Part shown: positions 38,861 to 46,975 of the stretch, one piece after another
Layout of the letters: each line of letters opens with the position of its first letter
Position numbering within the stretch: position 1 is the stretch's first letter
From: Actinomycetes bacterium
GTDB taxonomy: Bacteria > Actinomycetota > Thermoleophilia > Gaiellales > JALYLC01
DNA length: 46,975 nucleotides
Assembly (NCBI GenBank): GCA_031361905.1
Contig: JANLRV010000030.1
Coordinates: 1-46,975, forward strand
Direction: 5' to 3'
The notes under the pieces: model-generated
The model's database searches: none
What the model saw: only the letters and a program-made list of their open reading frames with translations
Told to the model about the DNA's origin: nothing
Made by a program: the position numbers and the translations under genes

Positions 38861-40204
38861 CTAGCGCGATCCGCCGTCGCGCGCGAGAGGGGCGGTGGAG
38901 TCGCCGGCGGGATCGTCGAGACCGGCCTGGCGCAGCGTGATCGTGCGCTCGCCGCGCCCGCGCGAGAGGAACGTGATCGTCCACTGCAGCAGCGTCGAGA
39001 AGCGGTTCTTGAACCCGGTCAGGAACGTGAGGTGCACGACGAGCCAGAGCATCCAGCCCACGCGGCCGCCGAGGCGCAGGCGCCTGTACTCGACGACCCC
39101 GCTCGTGCGTGAGACCGCGGCCATGCTGCCGAGGTCGTGGTAGCGGAACGGGCCTCGCGGGGGCGAGCTCGTGACGCGCGCCGCGATCACGCGCGCAGCA
39201 TGCCTGCCCGATTGCATCGCGACCTCGGCGAGCCCGGGGAGGCCGTCGAGCGCCATCGCGTCACCGACGACGAAGATCTCCGGCCGGCCGGGCAACGAGC
39301 AGTCGGGCGTCACACGGAGGCGCCCGCGCGCATCGACCGGCGCACCGGTCACCTCGGCGAGCAAGGCTGCGAGCGGTGCTGCCTGCACGCCCGACGCCCA
39401 GATCTTCGTGATCGCCTCGATGCGGGTCTCGTTGCCCTCGGCGTCGTGGACGGTGATGCCCAGCTCGTCGAGGTCGGTGACGGTCGTGCGCAGCCGGATG
39501 TCGACGCCGAGGCGCGTGAGGTCGCGCGCGGCCCGCGTCGAGAGCCGTTCGTGAAACGACGGCAGGATGCGATCGCCGGCGTCGAACAGCAGGATCCGCG
39601 CCTCGCGCGGGTCGAGGCGGCGGAAATTGTGCGCGAGCGCGCGACGCGAGAGCTCGCCGAGCTGGCCTGCCAGCTCGACGCCAGTCGGTCCTGCACCCAC
39701 GATGGCGAACGTCAGCAAGCGCGCGCGAGCCGCGGGATCGGCCTCCCACTCGGCCAGCTCGAACGCGCCGAAGATGCGTGCCCGCAGGGCCAGCGCGTCG
39801 TCGATCGTCTTCATGCCCGGAGCCCATTGCGCGAACCTGTCGTTGCCGAAGTACGACTGCGTCACGCCGCTCGCGACGATCAGGCTGTCGTACCCGATCG
39901 TCGTGCGGTTGCGCGATGGGTGTCGAACCTCGAGCTGCCGCAGCTCGGGGTCGATCGCGCTGACCTCTCCGAGTTGCACCGTCACGTTCCGCTGGCGGCG
40001 CAGCACGTCTCGCGTCGCCGGCGCGATGTCTCCCGGGGAGAGGATGCCCGTCGCGACCTGGTAGAGCAGCGGCTGGAAGAGATGGTGGTTCGTGCGGTCG
40101 AGCAGCGTCACGCGCACCGGCGCGAGACGCAGAGCCTTCGCCGCGAAGAGGCCGCCGAAGCCGGATCCGACGATGACGACGTGGTGTTCGGGCTGGGACG
40201 ACAT
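38861..40204 (-). CDS. ndh: Type II NADH dehydrogenase family FAD oxidoreductase
   Basis: GSGFGG, HLFQPLLYQVATG, GAGPTGVELAG, FVVGD, AEVAMQ, F.Y.DLGSMA, W..VHL. Confidence 0.92.
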   Translation of the reverse strand: MSSQPEHHVVIVGSGFGGLFAAKALRLAPVRVTLLDRTNHHLFQPLLYQVATGILSPGDIAPATRDVLRRQRNVTVQLGEVSAIDPELRQLEVRHPSRNRTTIGYDSLIVASGVTQSYFGNDRFAQWAPGMKTIDDALALRARIFGAFELAEWEADPAARARLLTFAIVGAGPTGVELAGQLGELSRRALAHNFRRLDPREARILLFDAGDRILPSFHERLSTRAARDLTRLGVDIRLRTTVTDLDELGITVHDAEGNETRIEAITKIWASGVQAAPLAALLAEVTGAPVDARGRLRVTPDCSLPGRPEIFVVGDAMALDGLPGLAEVAMQSGRHAARVIAARVTSSPPRGPFRYHDLGSMAAVSRTSGVVEYRRLRLGGRVGWMLWLVVHLTFLTGFKNRFSTLLQWTITFLSRGRGERTITLRQAGLDDPAGDSTAPLARDGGSR

Positions 40205-40234
40205 GCTGCGACTCCTCGGCGCGGGCGCGATCAG

Positions 40235-40326
40235 CGGCGGGGGTGGGATTCGAACCCACGAGACAATCTCAGCGATTGCCCAGCTGCTTTCAAGGCAGCC
40301 GCGTTCGACCGCTCCGCCACCCCGCC
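40235..40326 (-). tRNA. tRNA-Ser(TGA)
   Basis: GGCGGGG/CCCCGCC acceptor stem, GCTGC-CTTGAAA-GCAGC anticodon arm, 8-bp variable stem, GGTTCGAATCC. Confidence 0.96.
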
Positions 40327-40363
40327 AAGGTCTATTTCAAGCCAAATCGCATTTCGAAATCTT

Positions 40364-40387
40364 GCTGATCATACCGCTGATCATACC
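40364..40387. repeat. Tandem 12-bp direct repeat GCTGATCATACC x2 (possible integrase arm-type sites)
   Basis: Perfect tandem copy between the tRNA 5' end and the integrase. Confidence 0.6.
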
Positions 40388-40399
40388 GACTGCGCTAGA

Positions 40400-41668
40400 A
40401 TGGGTCGGGAAGGGAGCGTGCGCGCAGTGCCCGGACAGTGGAAAGAGCGACGAGCGGTCGGCATCTACAAGAACCATGCACGCCAGTGTGCCCGAAGCCA
40501 CGATCGAAGACCAGGGGGCCGCTGCTCCTGCCCGCTCGTGCTCCAAGCGGCGCGCGGCCAGTGGCGACAGTTGCCGGACGGCGCGAGCATGGACGAGGCA
40601 AAGCGCGCGCTCGCGAAGCTGCGCGCCGAGCGTCTGCCGCGTCCGGTGCAGCGCTCGGCCGGTCCGCTCACGATCGGCGAGCTCGCGGCGAGCTACTTCG
40701 AGTCGCGCATGCACCTGAAGCCGTCGACGCGCCGGGCCGATGCGCAGGTCTTCCTCTACCACGTCGCGCCCGTCTTCGGCGAGACGCCGCTCCGGCGAGT
40801 GCGTGCGGACGCGGTGCGCGAGTGGGAGAACGAGCTGCGCGCGCGCGGCGTCTCGCATCGCTCGGTCAGCAAGGCCGTCTGGCTGCTGCGCCGCTTGCTT
40901 GCCTGGGCGGTAGACGACGAGCGCGGCTGGATCGACCACTCGGTGCTGGCCGGCTACCGGCCGGCGCGCGCCCGCACGCCCCAGGGCGAGCAGATCAGGC
41001 GCGTGCTCAGCCTCGCCGAGATCGACGAGGTTCTCGACGCGGCGGGCTCGCTGGCGGATCGCACGCTGATCCGAGCCGGCCTCGAGCTGCTGATGCGGAA
41101 GGGCGAGCTGCTCGCGCTGACCTGGGAGGACCTCGATCTCGATCGCCGCCGTGTGCGCGTCGCTTGGACGCTCTGGCGACGATCGAGCGGCGCCACTGCC
41201 GAGCGCCAGATCGTCAAGGGTCACCTCGCGCAGACGCTGCCGCTCTCGCCGGCGCTCGCCGCAGAACTCGCGAACCTGCGATCGGTCCGCGGCGACCGTG
41301 CTGCCGCCGAGAGCTTCGTCTGGCACGGGCGCGAGGGGCCGCTCCGCCCGCTCGGCGACACGACCCCGAACGCGCGTCTGCGCGCGGCGATCGAGCGCGC
41401 CAACGAGCGGCGCGAGGCCGCCGGCGTTCGAGAGCGGATCCCGCAGATCGTCTTCCACGGCCTGAGGCACACGGGCGTGACGGTGCTGCTCGAGGCCGGC
41501 ATGCCGCTCGCGCGCGTCTCGCAGTTCGCCCGCCACAAGGATGCGAGCATCACCGCGACGCTCTACGCCCACCTCTCGCAGGAGGGGCTGGTCGAGATCG
41601 CCGACTACTTGCAAGAGCGCTCCTCGAGTCGCGGCACGCGAGCGTCGCTCACCGCGCCGTCGCTCTGA
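40400..41668 (+). CDS. Tyrosine recombinase / integrase
   Basis: LKPST, MRKGELLALTWEDLD (R), VKG (K), FHGLRHT (HxxR), ARH..ASIT..LYAH (H, Y); start may be GTG 40427 after GGGAG. Confidence 0.93.
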   Translation: MGREGSVRAVPGQWKERRAVGIYKNHARQCARSHDRRPGGRCSCPLVLQAARGQWRQLPDGASMDEAKRALAKLRAERLPRPVQRSAGPLTIGELAASYFESRMHLKPSTRRADAQVFLYHVAPVFGETPLRRVRADAVREWENELRARGVSHRSVSKAVWLLRRLLAWAVDDERGWIDHSVLAGYRPARARTPQGEQIRRVLSLAEIDEVLDAAGSLADRTLIRAGLELLMRKGELLALTWEDLDLDRRRVRVAWTLWRRSSGATAERQIVKGHLAQTLPLSPALAAELANLRSVRGDRAAAESFVWHGREGPLRPLGDTTPNARLRAAIERANERREAAGVRERIPQIVFHGLRHTGVTVLLEAGMPLARVSQFARHKDASITATLYAHLSQEGLVEIADYLQERSSSRGTRASLTAPSL

Positions 41669-41912
41669 TCCGCGCGCGCCAATCCGACTGACCTCGCTCG
41701 ACGCGAGCTCGCGGGGCGCGAGGACGCGCGGCTTCCCGGAAGCTCTCACCGTCGGCTTCCGCCTCACAGCACGCGATCCAGTCGAGCAGCACGCGGTGAC
41801 GGATCCGGTACTCGCGTCCGAGCCGGAAGCCACCGGCGATCCGCATGTACCGACGCGCCGTGCGAACGTCGCCGACACGCAGGATCGCCAACACCTCCGC
41901 GGGCCTTAGCAA
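41649..41912 (-). CDS. Excisionase-like winged HTH protein
   Basis: LLRPAEVLAILRV...TARRY.....GFRLGREYRIR...L.DWI; convergent with the integrase; start uncertain (ORF open to 42203). Confidence 0.68.
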   Translation of the reverse strand: MLRPAEVLAILRVGDVRTARRYMRIAGGFRLGREYRIRHRVLLDWIACCEAEADGESFREAARPRAPRARVERGQSDWRARIRATAR

Positions 41913-42740
41913 ATCGTCCGAGGGCTCTGATCTGTATCTCGGCAGTAGATCAGTTGCGGGACGATCGGCCGACTCGCTTGCAAAACGATTCGACCGTGCC
42001 GAGACTGCCTCTGTCAGTTCGCCAAGCGCGCGCACCGTCTTGCCGCGGTCAAAGCCGTCCTCTGCTGCGTCCCGTTTCCACAGCGGTCGTTCTCCGGCTT
42101 CGTACAGGGTGAGCTGAGCGAAGCGTGTATCGGGATCGGACGATGTTCGCCGAGCGAGACCAGAATGTACCTCGTATGCAGGACTTTCTGCAATCCCACC
42201 CATTGGGTGCTCTGCCTTCGCTCACCGCCAGTTGGCCCTAGTTCGAATTCACGACCTGTAAATCCGAGCATCGAGGTGGATTGCGTTCCGTCCTGAGGTG
42301 GACTCGGTGGCCTCGTGACCCGGTCCTCGATACGGTGTCGGTGGTATGAGGTTCGGACTTCCGGAAGTCGTTGCAGCCGCCGCTGTCACACACGGTGTGC
42401 TGCTCTACCTGAAGAAGTCGCGGCCGCGGGACATTTTTGGCTTCCCGACCGGTACTTCGCAGCTATTCCGGTCGCCGTAAGCCTCATTTGGATCGGATTC
42501 TTCGTGACGCTCGCGTTCGAAACGGGACTGATGGTTCTCGTCGGGATGCTCTTGGCGAGGAATGGCCAAGCCTCGGCCTCCGCTGTGGGCCTCGGCAATC
42601 CGCCGCGCGTTGGCGCGGTCCTCGGCCAGACGGTCGACGTTGTGGTCGAAAGCGAACAGCAATAGCAACGGAACCTTGGACGCGGCGGCGAGAGCGCCGT
42701 CCGCTTTCGCCACGGCGGCATGGTGGCGACCGGACGCGGC

Positions 42741-42755
42741 GAGGTGTATAACCTC
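42741..42755 (+). promoter_or_regulatory. Putative -10 (TATAAC) inside inverted repeat GAGGT-N5-ACCTC
   Basis: About 30 nt upstream of the M-subunit start; arrangement fits an operator overlapping a promoter. Confidence 0.45.
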
Positions 42756-42783
42756 CTACACTCCGACTCAGAGGGGCACTGCG

Positions 42784-43638
42784 CTGAAACCCGCGTCGTT
42801 CAGTTACGTCAAGGCCGAGACGCTCGAACAAGCGATTGACGCGCTCACCGAGCATGGCGACGAGGCGAAGGTGCTCGCGGGAGGCCAGAGTCTGGTTCCG
42901 CTCATGAACCTGCGCCTGGCGCTCCCGGCGGTACTCGTGGACGTGAACGGCATTCGCGAGCTCGACGGCGTCTCCGTGAACGGGAGCGTCGAGATCGGAG
43001 CGATCTCGCGGCAGCTCGCTGTCGAGAGCTCCGTCGGTGATGCCGCGCCGCTCGTCGCCGAGGCCCTCCGGCACGTCGGCCATCCTGCGATTCGCAGCCG
43101 CGGGACGTTCGGTGGGACCGTGGCGCATGGGGATCCCGCGGCCGAGATCCCCGCAGTGCTGCTCGCGCTCGGCGGTAGCGTCGTGGCGCGCGGGCCGGGC
43201 GGAGAGCGAGTCATCTCGGCGGACGACCTCTTCGTCACGCACTTCACGACGGCGCTCGAGCCCACGGAGATCCTGACGCGCGTTCGGATCCCGAGAGCGG
43301 GCGCCGGCCAGCGCTGGGGCTTCGCCGAAGTCGCCCGCCGGCAGGGCGACTTCGCGCTCGCAGGCGTCGCGGCGACCGCAGAGGTCGACCCTGACGGCGT
43401 CTGCCGCGCGGCGCGGATCGTGCTCTTCGGCGTCGCCGACCGGCCGCTTCGCGCCGCCGCGGCCGAGGCCGCCCTCCACGGACGCAAACTGGGTGACCCA
43501 GCCGCGCTCTACGACGCAGGGCAACTCGCGGCAGAAGGGCTCGAGCCGCGCGCCGACATTCATGCGTCCAGTCGCTATCGCAGGGAGGTCGCCGCGGTAC
43601 TCGTCCGGCGGGCTCTCGGACAGGCGGCGGCGCGATGA
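42784..43638 (+). CDS. Molybdenum hydroxylase FAD subunit (CoxM/QorM-like)
   Basis: GAGGGG then CTG-KPASFSY; LAGGQSLVP.MN.RL, IRSRGT.GG..AH.DP.AE, RRQGDFA, YR. Confidence 0.92.
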   Translation: MKPASFSYVKAETLEQAIDALTEHGDEAKVLAGGQSLVPLMNLRLALPAVLVDVNGIRELDGVSVNGSVEIGAISRQLAVESSVGDAAPLVAEALRHVGHPAIRSRGTFGGTVAHGDPAAEIPAVLLALGGSVVARGPGGERVISADDLFVTHFTTALEPTEILTRVRIPRAGAGQRWGFAEVARRQGDFALAGVAATAEVDPDGVCRAARIVLFGVADRPLRAAAAEAALHGRKLGDPAALYDAGQLAAEGLEPRADIHASSRYRREVAAVLVRRALGQAAAR

Positions 43639-44123
43639 TCGTCGACGGCGCCGCAGCCGTCCGCGTCACCGTCAACGGCGAGGCGCGGCAGGGGCTTGCC
43701 GAGCCGCGCACCCTCCTCGTCGACTTCCTGCGCCAGGAGCTCGGCCTGACCGGCACCCACGTCGGCTGCGAGCAGGGCGTCTGCGGCGCGTGCACGGTGC
43801 GCGTGAACGGCCAGCTCGTCCGCTCGTGCCTCATGTTCGCGGTCCAGGCCGAGCGCGCCTCGATCGAGACGGTCGAAGGCATGGCCCGCGGCGCCGAGCT
43901 CCACCCGATCCAGCAGGCCTTCCACGAAGAGCACGGGCTCCAGTGCGGCTTCTGCACGCCGGGACTCCTGCTCACGACGGCGGCCCTCCTCGAAACGGAC
44001 CCGGATCCGAGCGAAGCGGAGATCCGCCTGGCCCTCTCCGGGAACGTCTGCCGCTGCACGGGCTACGTCGGGGTCGTCGCCGCCGTGCAGGCGGCGGCCC
44101 GGAAGCTCCGGGAGGGGACCTGA
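43635..44123 (+). CDS. Molybdenum hydroxylase 2x[2Fe-2S] subunit (CoxS/QorS-like)
   Basis: GCEQGVCGAC, RSC, QCGFCTPG, GNVCRCTGY. Confidence 0.95.
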   Translation: MIVDGAAAVRVTVNGEARQGLAEPRTLLVDFLRQELGLTGTHVGCEQGVCGACTVRVNGQLVRSCLMFAVQAERASIETVEGMARGAELHPIQQAFHEEHGLQCGFCTPGLLLTTAALLETDPDPSEAEIRLALSGNVCRCTGYVGVVAAVQAAARKLREGT

Positions 44124-46495
44124 TGGCGCAGACCTCCGTCGAGGGTCGTCCTGACCGGTACGTCGGCGCCCGGCTTCCAAGGGTCGAGGACGCGCGCTTT
44201 CTGCGCGGCGTCGGCAAGTTCGTCGACGACATCCGCCTCCCCGGGATGCTCCACGCGGCGTTCTTCCGCAGCCCGCACGCGCACGCGCGCATCGTCTCGA
44301 TCGACGTCGAGCAGGCCCGGGCGCTCGAGGGCGTCGTCGCCGTCCTCACGGGCGCCGACCTCGCCGACTTTCCGCCCTTCGTCGCCGGCCTCCCGCGGCC
44401 GGAGGTGAAGGCGAACGAGCGCCACGTGCTCCCAGCGGACCGCGTCCGGTTCGTCGGCGAGGCCGTCGCCGTCGTCGCCGCGACCTCGCGCTACGTCGCC
44501 GAGGACGCCTGCGCGCTCATCGACGTGGAGTGGGAGCCGCTCCCCGTCCTCACCGATCCGCATGCGTCGCTCGCCCCTGGCGCACCGCTCCTTCACGAGG
44601 GCTCGGAGAGCAACAGCTTCGCTCACATCGAGTTCGAGCACGGCGAGGTCGAGAAGGCGTTCGCCGAGGCCGACCGCGTCTTCTCGAAGCGCTTCCACCA
44701 CGGCCGCATGCACGCCGCGCCGCTCGAGACGCGTGGGATCGTCGCCGAGCACGACCCCGGCAGCGGCGGCTTCACGATGTGGACGTCGAGCCAGGTCCCG
44801 CACCTCACGCGCTCGCTCCTCGCGCACATGCTCGGGCTCACCTACGAGAACCAGTTCCGCGTAATCGCTCCAGACGTCGGCGGCGGCTTCGGGCTCAAGA
44901 TCCACCTCTTCCCCGAGGACGCCGTCGTCCCCTACCTCGCACGGCACACCGGCAGGCCGGTGAAGTGGATCGAGGACCGTTACGAGAGCCTCGCGGCGAG
45001 CACCCACGCGAAGGAGATCGTGATGGATCTCGAGCTCGCGACGACGAGCGACGGGAAGTTCCTCGCCTTCCGCGGGCGCTACGTCGGCGACGCGGGCGCG
45101 TACGCGATCTACCCGTGGACGCCGCTCGTCGACTCGCTCGTGGCCGCCGTCCTGCTCCCGAGCCTCTACGACGTCCCCGCGGTTCGCTTCGAGGTGGACG
45201 CCGCCTACACGAACAAGTGCCCCACGGGTGCGTACCGCGGCGTCGGCTGGACGAGCGGCCAGACCGCCCGCGAGGTCCTGATCGACGAGGTCGCGCGCGC
45301 GCTCGAGCTCGATCCGATGGAGCTGCGCCTCCGGAACACGATCCCGAGCGAGCCGTACGTCTCGGCGACGGGCTGCCGCTACGACGGGGGCAGCTACGCC
45401 GAGTCGCAGCGCAAGGCGATGGAGGTCCTCGGCTACGACGCGCTCCGGGAGCGGCAGAAGAGCCTCCGGGAGGAGGGGCGCTATCTCGGCGTCGGGTTCA
45501 GCCCCTTCGTCGAGCCGGGCGGCTGGTCGGGAGAGATGGCCAAGCGGATGGGCTTCCCGTTTGACTACATGGACGCGGCGAGGGTCACGGTCGAGCCCGA
45601 CGGCACGGTGACGGTCACCCTCGGGCTCCATTCCCACGGCCAGGCTCACGAGACGACGTTCGCCCAGGTCGTCGCCGACCGCCTCGGCGTCAAGGTGGAG
45701 AGCGTCCGGATCTTGGAGGGCGATACCGCCGTGACGGCATACGGGACCGGCACGTGGGGAAGCCGCAGCGCCGTCATCGGCGGCGGCTCCATCATGCGTG
45801 CCGCCGACGAGGTGCGGGAGAAGCTCGTCGCGATCGCCGCCCACGCGTTCGAGGCGAGCCCTGGAGACATCGAGATCTACGACGGGAACGCCACCGTCAA
45901 GGGCTCGCCGGACAAGTCGATCTCGGTGACGATGATCGCCTACACAGCCTACTTCGGCGCCTTCGTCGGCGGCACGCGGCCCCCTGGGCTCGACCCGGCT
46001 CTGACCGCGACCCGCTCGTATGAGCCGCCGGAGAGCTACGCGAACGGCTGCATCGCCGCGGTCGTCGAGGTGGACGTCGAGACCGGGCAGGTCGAGCTCC
46101 AGCAGGTCGTCGTCGTGGACGACTGCGGCATCATGCTGAACCCCACGGTCGTCGAGGGTCAGATCGCGGGCGCGACGGCGCAGGGGATCGGCGGCGCTCT
46201 CTACGAGGACCTCGCCTACGACGCGAACGGCCAGTTCCTCGCGGGGAACCTGCTCGACTACCTCTACCCGACGACGATGGAGATCCCGGCGATCGAGATC
46301 CACCACATCGAGACGCCCTCCACGGTCACCGAGGGCGGGATCAAGGGCGTCGGCGAGGGCGGGACGATTGCGGCGCCCGCCGCAGTCGTGAACGCGGTCG
46401 CCGACGCGCTCAGCCCCTTCGGGGTGACGATCGACCGGACGCCGCTCTCACCCGACCGCGTTCTCTCCTTCATCCGTGCGGCCGAAGGTCGCTAG
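44123..46495 (+). CDS. Molybdenum hydroxylase large subunit, quinoline 2-oxidoreductase QorL-like
   Basis: R.ED.RFL.G.G.FVDD, SQ.PH, VGGGFG, PWTPLV, TNKCPTGAYRGVG, GQAHET, GSRS, KGVGE. Confidence 0.92.
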   Translation: MAQTSVEGRPDRYVGARLPRVEDARFLRGVGKFVDDIRLPGMLHAAFFRSPHAHARIVSIDVEQARALEGVVAVLTGADLADFPPFVAGLPRPEVKANERHVLPADRVRFVGEAVAVVAATSRYVAEDACALIDVEWEPLPVLTDPHASLAPGAPLLHEGSESNSFAHIEFEHGEVEKAFAEADRVFSKRFHHGRMHAAPLETRGIVAEHDPGSGGFTMWTSSQVPHLTRSLLAHMLGLTYENQFRVIAPDVGGGFGLKIHLFPEDAVVPYLARHTGRPVKWIEDRYESLAASTHAKEIVMDLELATTSDGKFLAFRGRYVGDAGAYAIYPWTPLVDSLVAAVLLPSLYDVPAVRFEVDAAYTNKCPTGAYRGVGWTSGQTAREVLIDEVARALELDPMELRLRNTIPSEPYVSATGCRYDGGSYAESQRKAMEVLGYDALRERQKSLREEGRYLGVGFSPFVEPGGWSGEMAKRMGFPFDYMDAARVTVEPDGTVTVTLGLHSHGQAHETTFAQVVADRLGVKVESVRILEGDTAVTAYGTGTWGSRSAVIGGGSIMRAADEVREKLVAIAAHAFEASPGDIEIYDGNATVKGSPDKSISVTMIAYTAYFGAFVGGTRPPGLDPALTATRSYEPPESYANGCIAAVVEVDVETGQVELQQVVVVDDCGIMLNPTVVEGQIAGATAQGIGGALYEDLAYDANGQFLAGNLLDYLYPTTMEIPAIEIHHIETPSTVTEGGIKGVGEGGTIAAPAAVVNAVADALSPFGVTIDRTPLSPDRVLSFIRAAEGR

Positions 46496-46721
46496 CTGTA
46501 AGTCCTTTCGGGTTTCGACGTGAACGCAGCGGCCTACACGCTCGGCGGTGTGGCCCTCGGCTTCGTCGGCCAGTCCACCCTCGCGCGGCAGCGCGAGGGG
46601 GCGGAGGCGAAGCGGGAGCTCGAAGCTCATCGACATTCGCCGTGATCACAATGACCACCTATGGAGCGGTCTTGAGCGCCCTTGAGCGGTTCGCAAGATC
46701 TAGAGCGAAAGCCCTCCTTCG

Positions 46722-46762
46722 GCGTGGCTCCCGCGTGGCTCCCGAGCCTCCGCGTGGCTCCC
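46722..46762. repeat. Three copies of GCGTGGCTCCC (att arm-like repeats)
   Basis: Copies at 46722-46732, 46733-46743 and 46752-46762. Confidence 0.65.
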
Positions 46763-46838
46763 AAATGGTCCGTGTTGCAGTTGTGTGCGGTCTCGTGCGG
46801 TTTGTGAAGCTCCTGCTAATAATCGTATTCTGTGACGC

Positions 46839-46894
46839 TGTCAAGGCCGGTTGAAAGCTGACCCCCCTTCTGCCGGTTGAATCTTGACCCCCCC
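46839..46894. mobile_element. IS21-family-like terminal inverted repeat end
   Basis: Begins TGTCAA, followed by two internal repeats GCCGGTTGAA-N3-TGACCCCC (46846-46866, 46872-46892). Confidence 0.62.
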
Positions 46895-46909
46895 GCCAAC
46901 GCGCGCGGC

Positions 46910-46975
46910 CTACTGGGTGGGGGTGGTGCGGCGGTCGGAGGTGACCCGGCCGTCTTCCAAGTGGATCACCCGGTC
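46910..46975 (-). CDS. C-terminal fragment of an ABC ATP-binding protein (LolD/MacB-like), truncated by the window edge
   Basis: Minus strand reads DRVIHLEDGRVTSDRRTTPTQ-stop. Confidence 0.6.
   Translation of the reverse strand, partial: DRVIHLEDGRVTSDRRTTPTQ

Larger units (their letters stand above)
40327..46975. mobile_element. tRNA-Ser-associated integrative island (right boundary unresolved)
   Basis: int + xis beside a tRNA, AT-richer junction tracts, catabolic cargo, att-like repeats and an IS end. Confidence 0.65.

Noticed and set aside
21294-40326. EPS block between two tRNA-Ser genes as a genomic island
   Set aside because: No tRNA-fragment direct repeats or internal mobility genes seen; the block has host-like genes and composition
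40235-40326. Selenocysteine or suppressor tRNA
   Set aside because: Anticodon is TGA (reads UCA, Ser), not TCA; acceptor stem is the normal 7 bp
39137-41668. Apparent 843-aa integrase fusion
   Set aside because: The N-terminal part is antisense to ndh and the tRNA; integrase motifs start near 40400
41913-42740. Short ORFs in the AT-richer island spacer (42315-42665, 42405-42713)
   Set aside because: No motifs and weak codon bias; the hydrophobic stretch may be a gene remnant but cannot be supported
44063-46306. Long antisense and alternate-frame ORFs (also 18764-20701, 30851-32839 and many others)
   Set aside because: Arg/Ala/Pro-rich shadows of real genes, expected in high-GC DNA
42784-46495. 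Aerobic CO dehydrogenase
   Set aside because: Lacks AYxCSFR and the coxDEFG genes
46722-46894. CRISPR array
   Set aside because: Repeats are 11-21 bp, only 2-3 copies, with no spacer-length gaps and no cas genes

Overview
High-GC actinobacterial DNA (Thermoleophilia/Gaiellales-like is an inference from gene style, leaderless starts and an LPFTG protein). Left to right: (1) 49-11068, minus-strand amino-acid uptake/catabolism block (AKR, ornithine cyclodeaminase, Ser/Thr dehydratase, PrxQ, cupin, class V PLP enzyme, SnoaL protein, livKHMGF). (2) 11176-21277, mixed genes: aminotransferase, M48 peptidase, orphan HicA-like, MoaB, Fe/2OG oxygenase, amidohydrolase-fold + Rieske pair, MarR with two MFS genes and a leader-peptide attenuator-like RNA. 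(3) tRNA-Ser(GCT). (4) 21460-37062, Wzx/Wzy-type surface-polysaccharide locus. It contains an intact, coupled four-gene Opp/Dpp-like ABC module whose two ATPases have lost their catalytic motifs but keep C-terminal Cys4 motifs, and it ends with a small LPFTG sortase substrate. This is the best candidate for an undescribed system. (5) Amidase, enolase-fold protein, NDH-2, tRNA-Ser(TGA). (6) 40327-end, integrative island: tyrosine integrase, Xis-like gene, quinoline-2-oxidoreductase-like MSL molybdoenzyme, a second att-like repeat set and an IS21-like end with an ABC-ATPase fragment inside it. All calls come from motif reading and recalled family features; no database searches were run.
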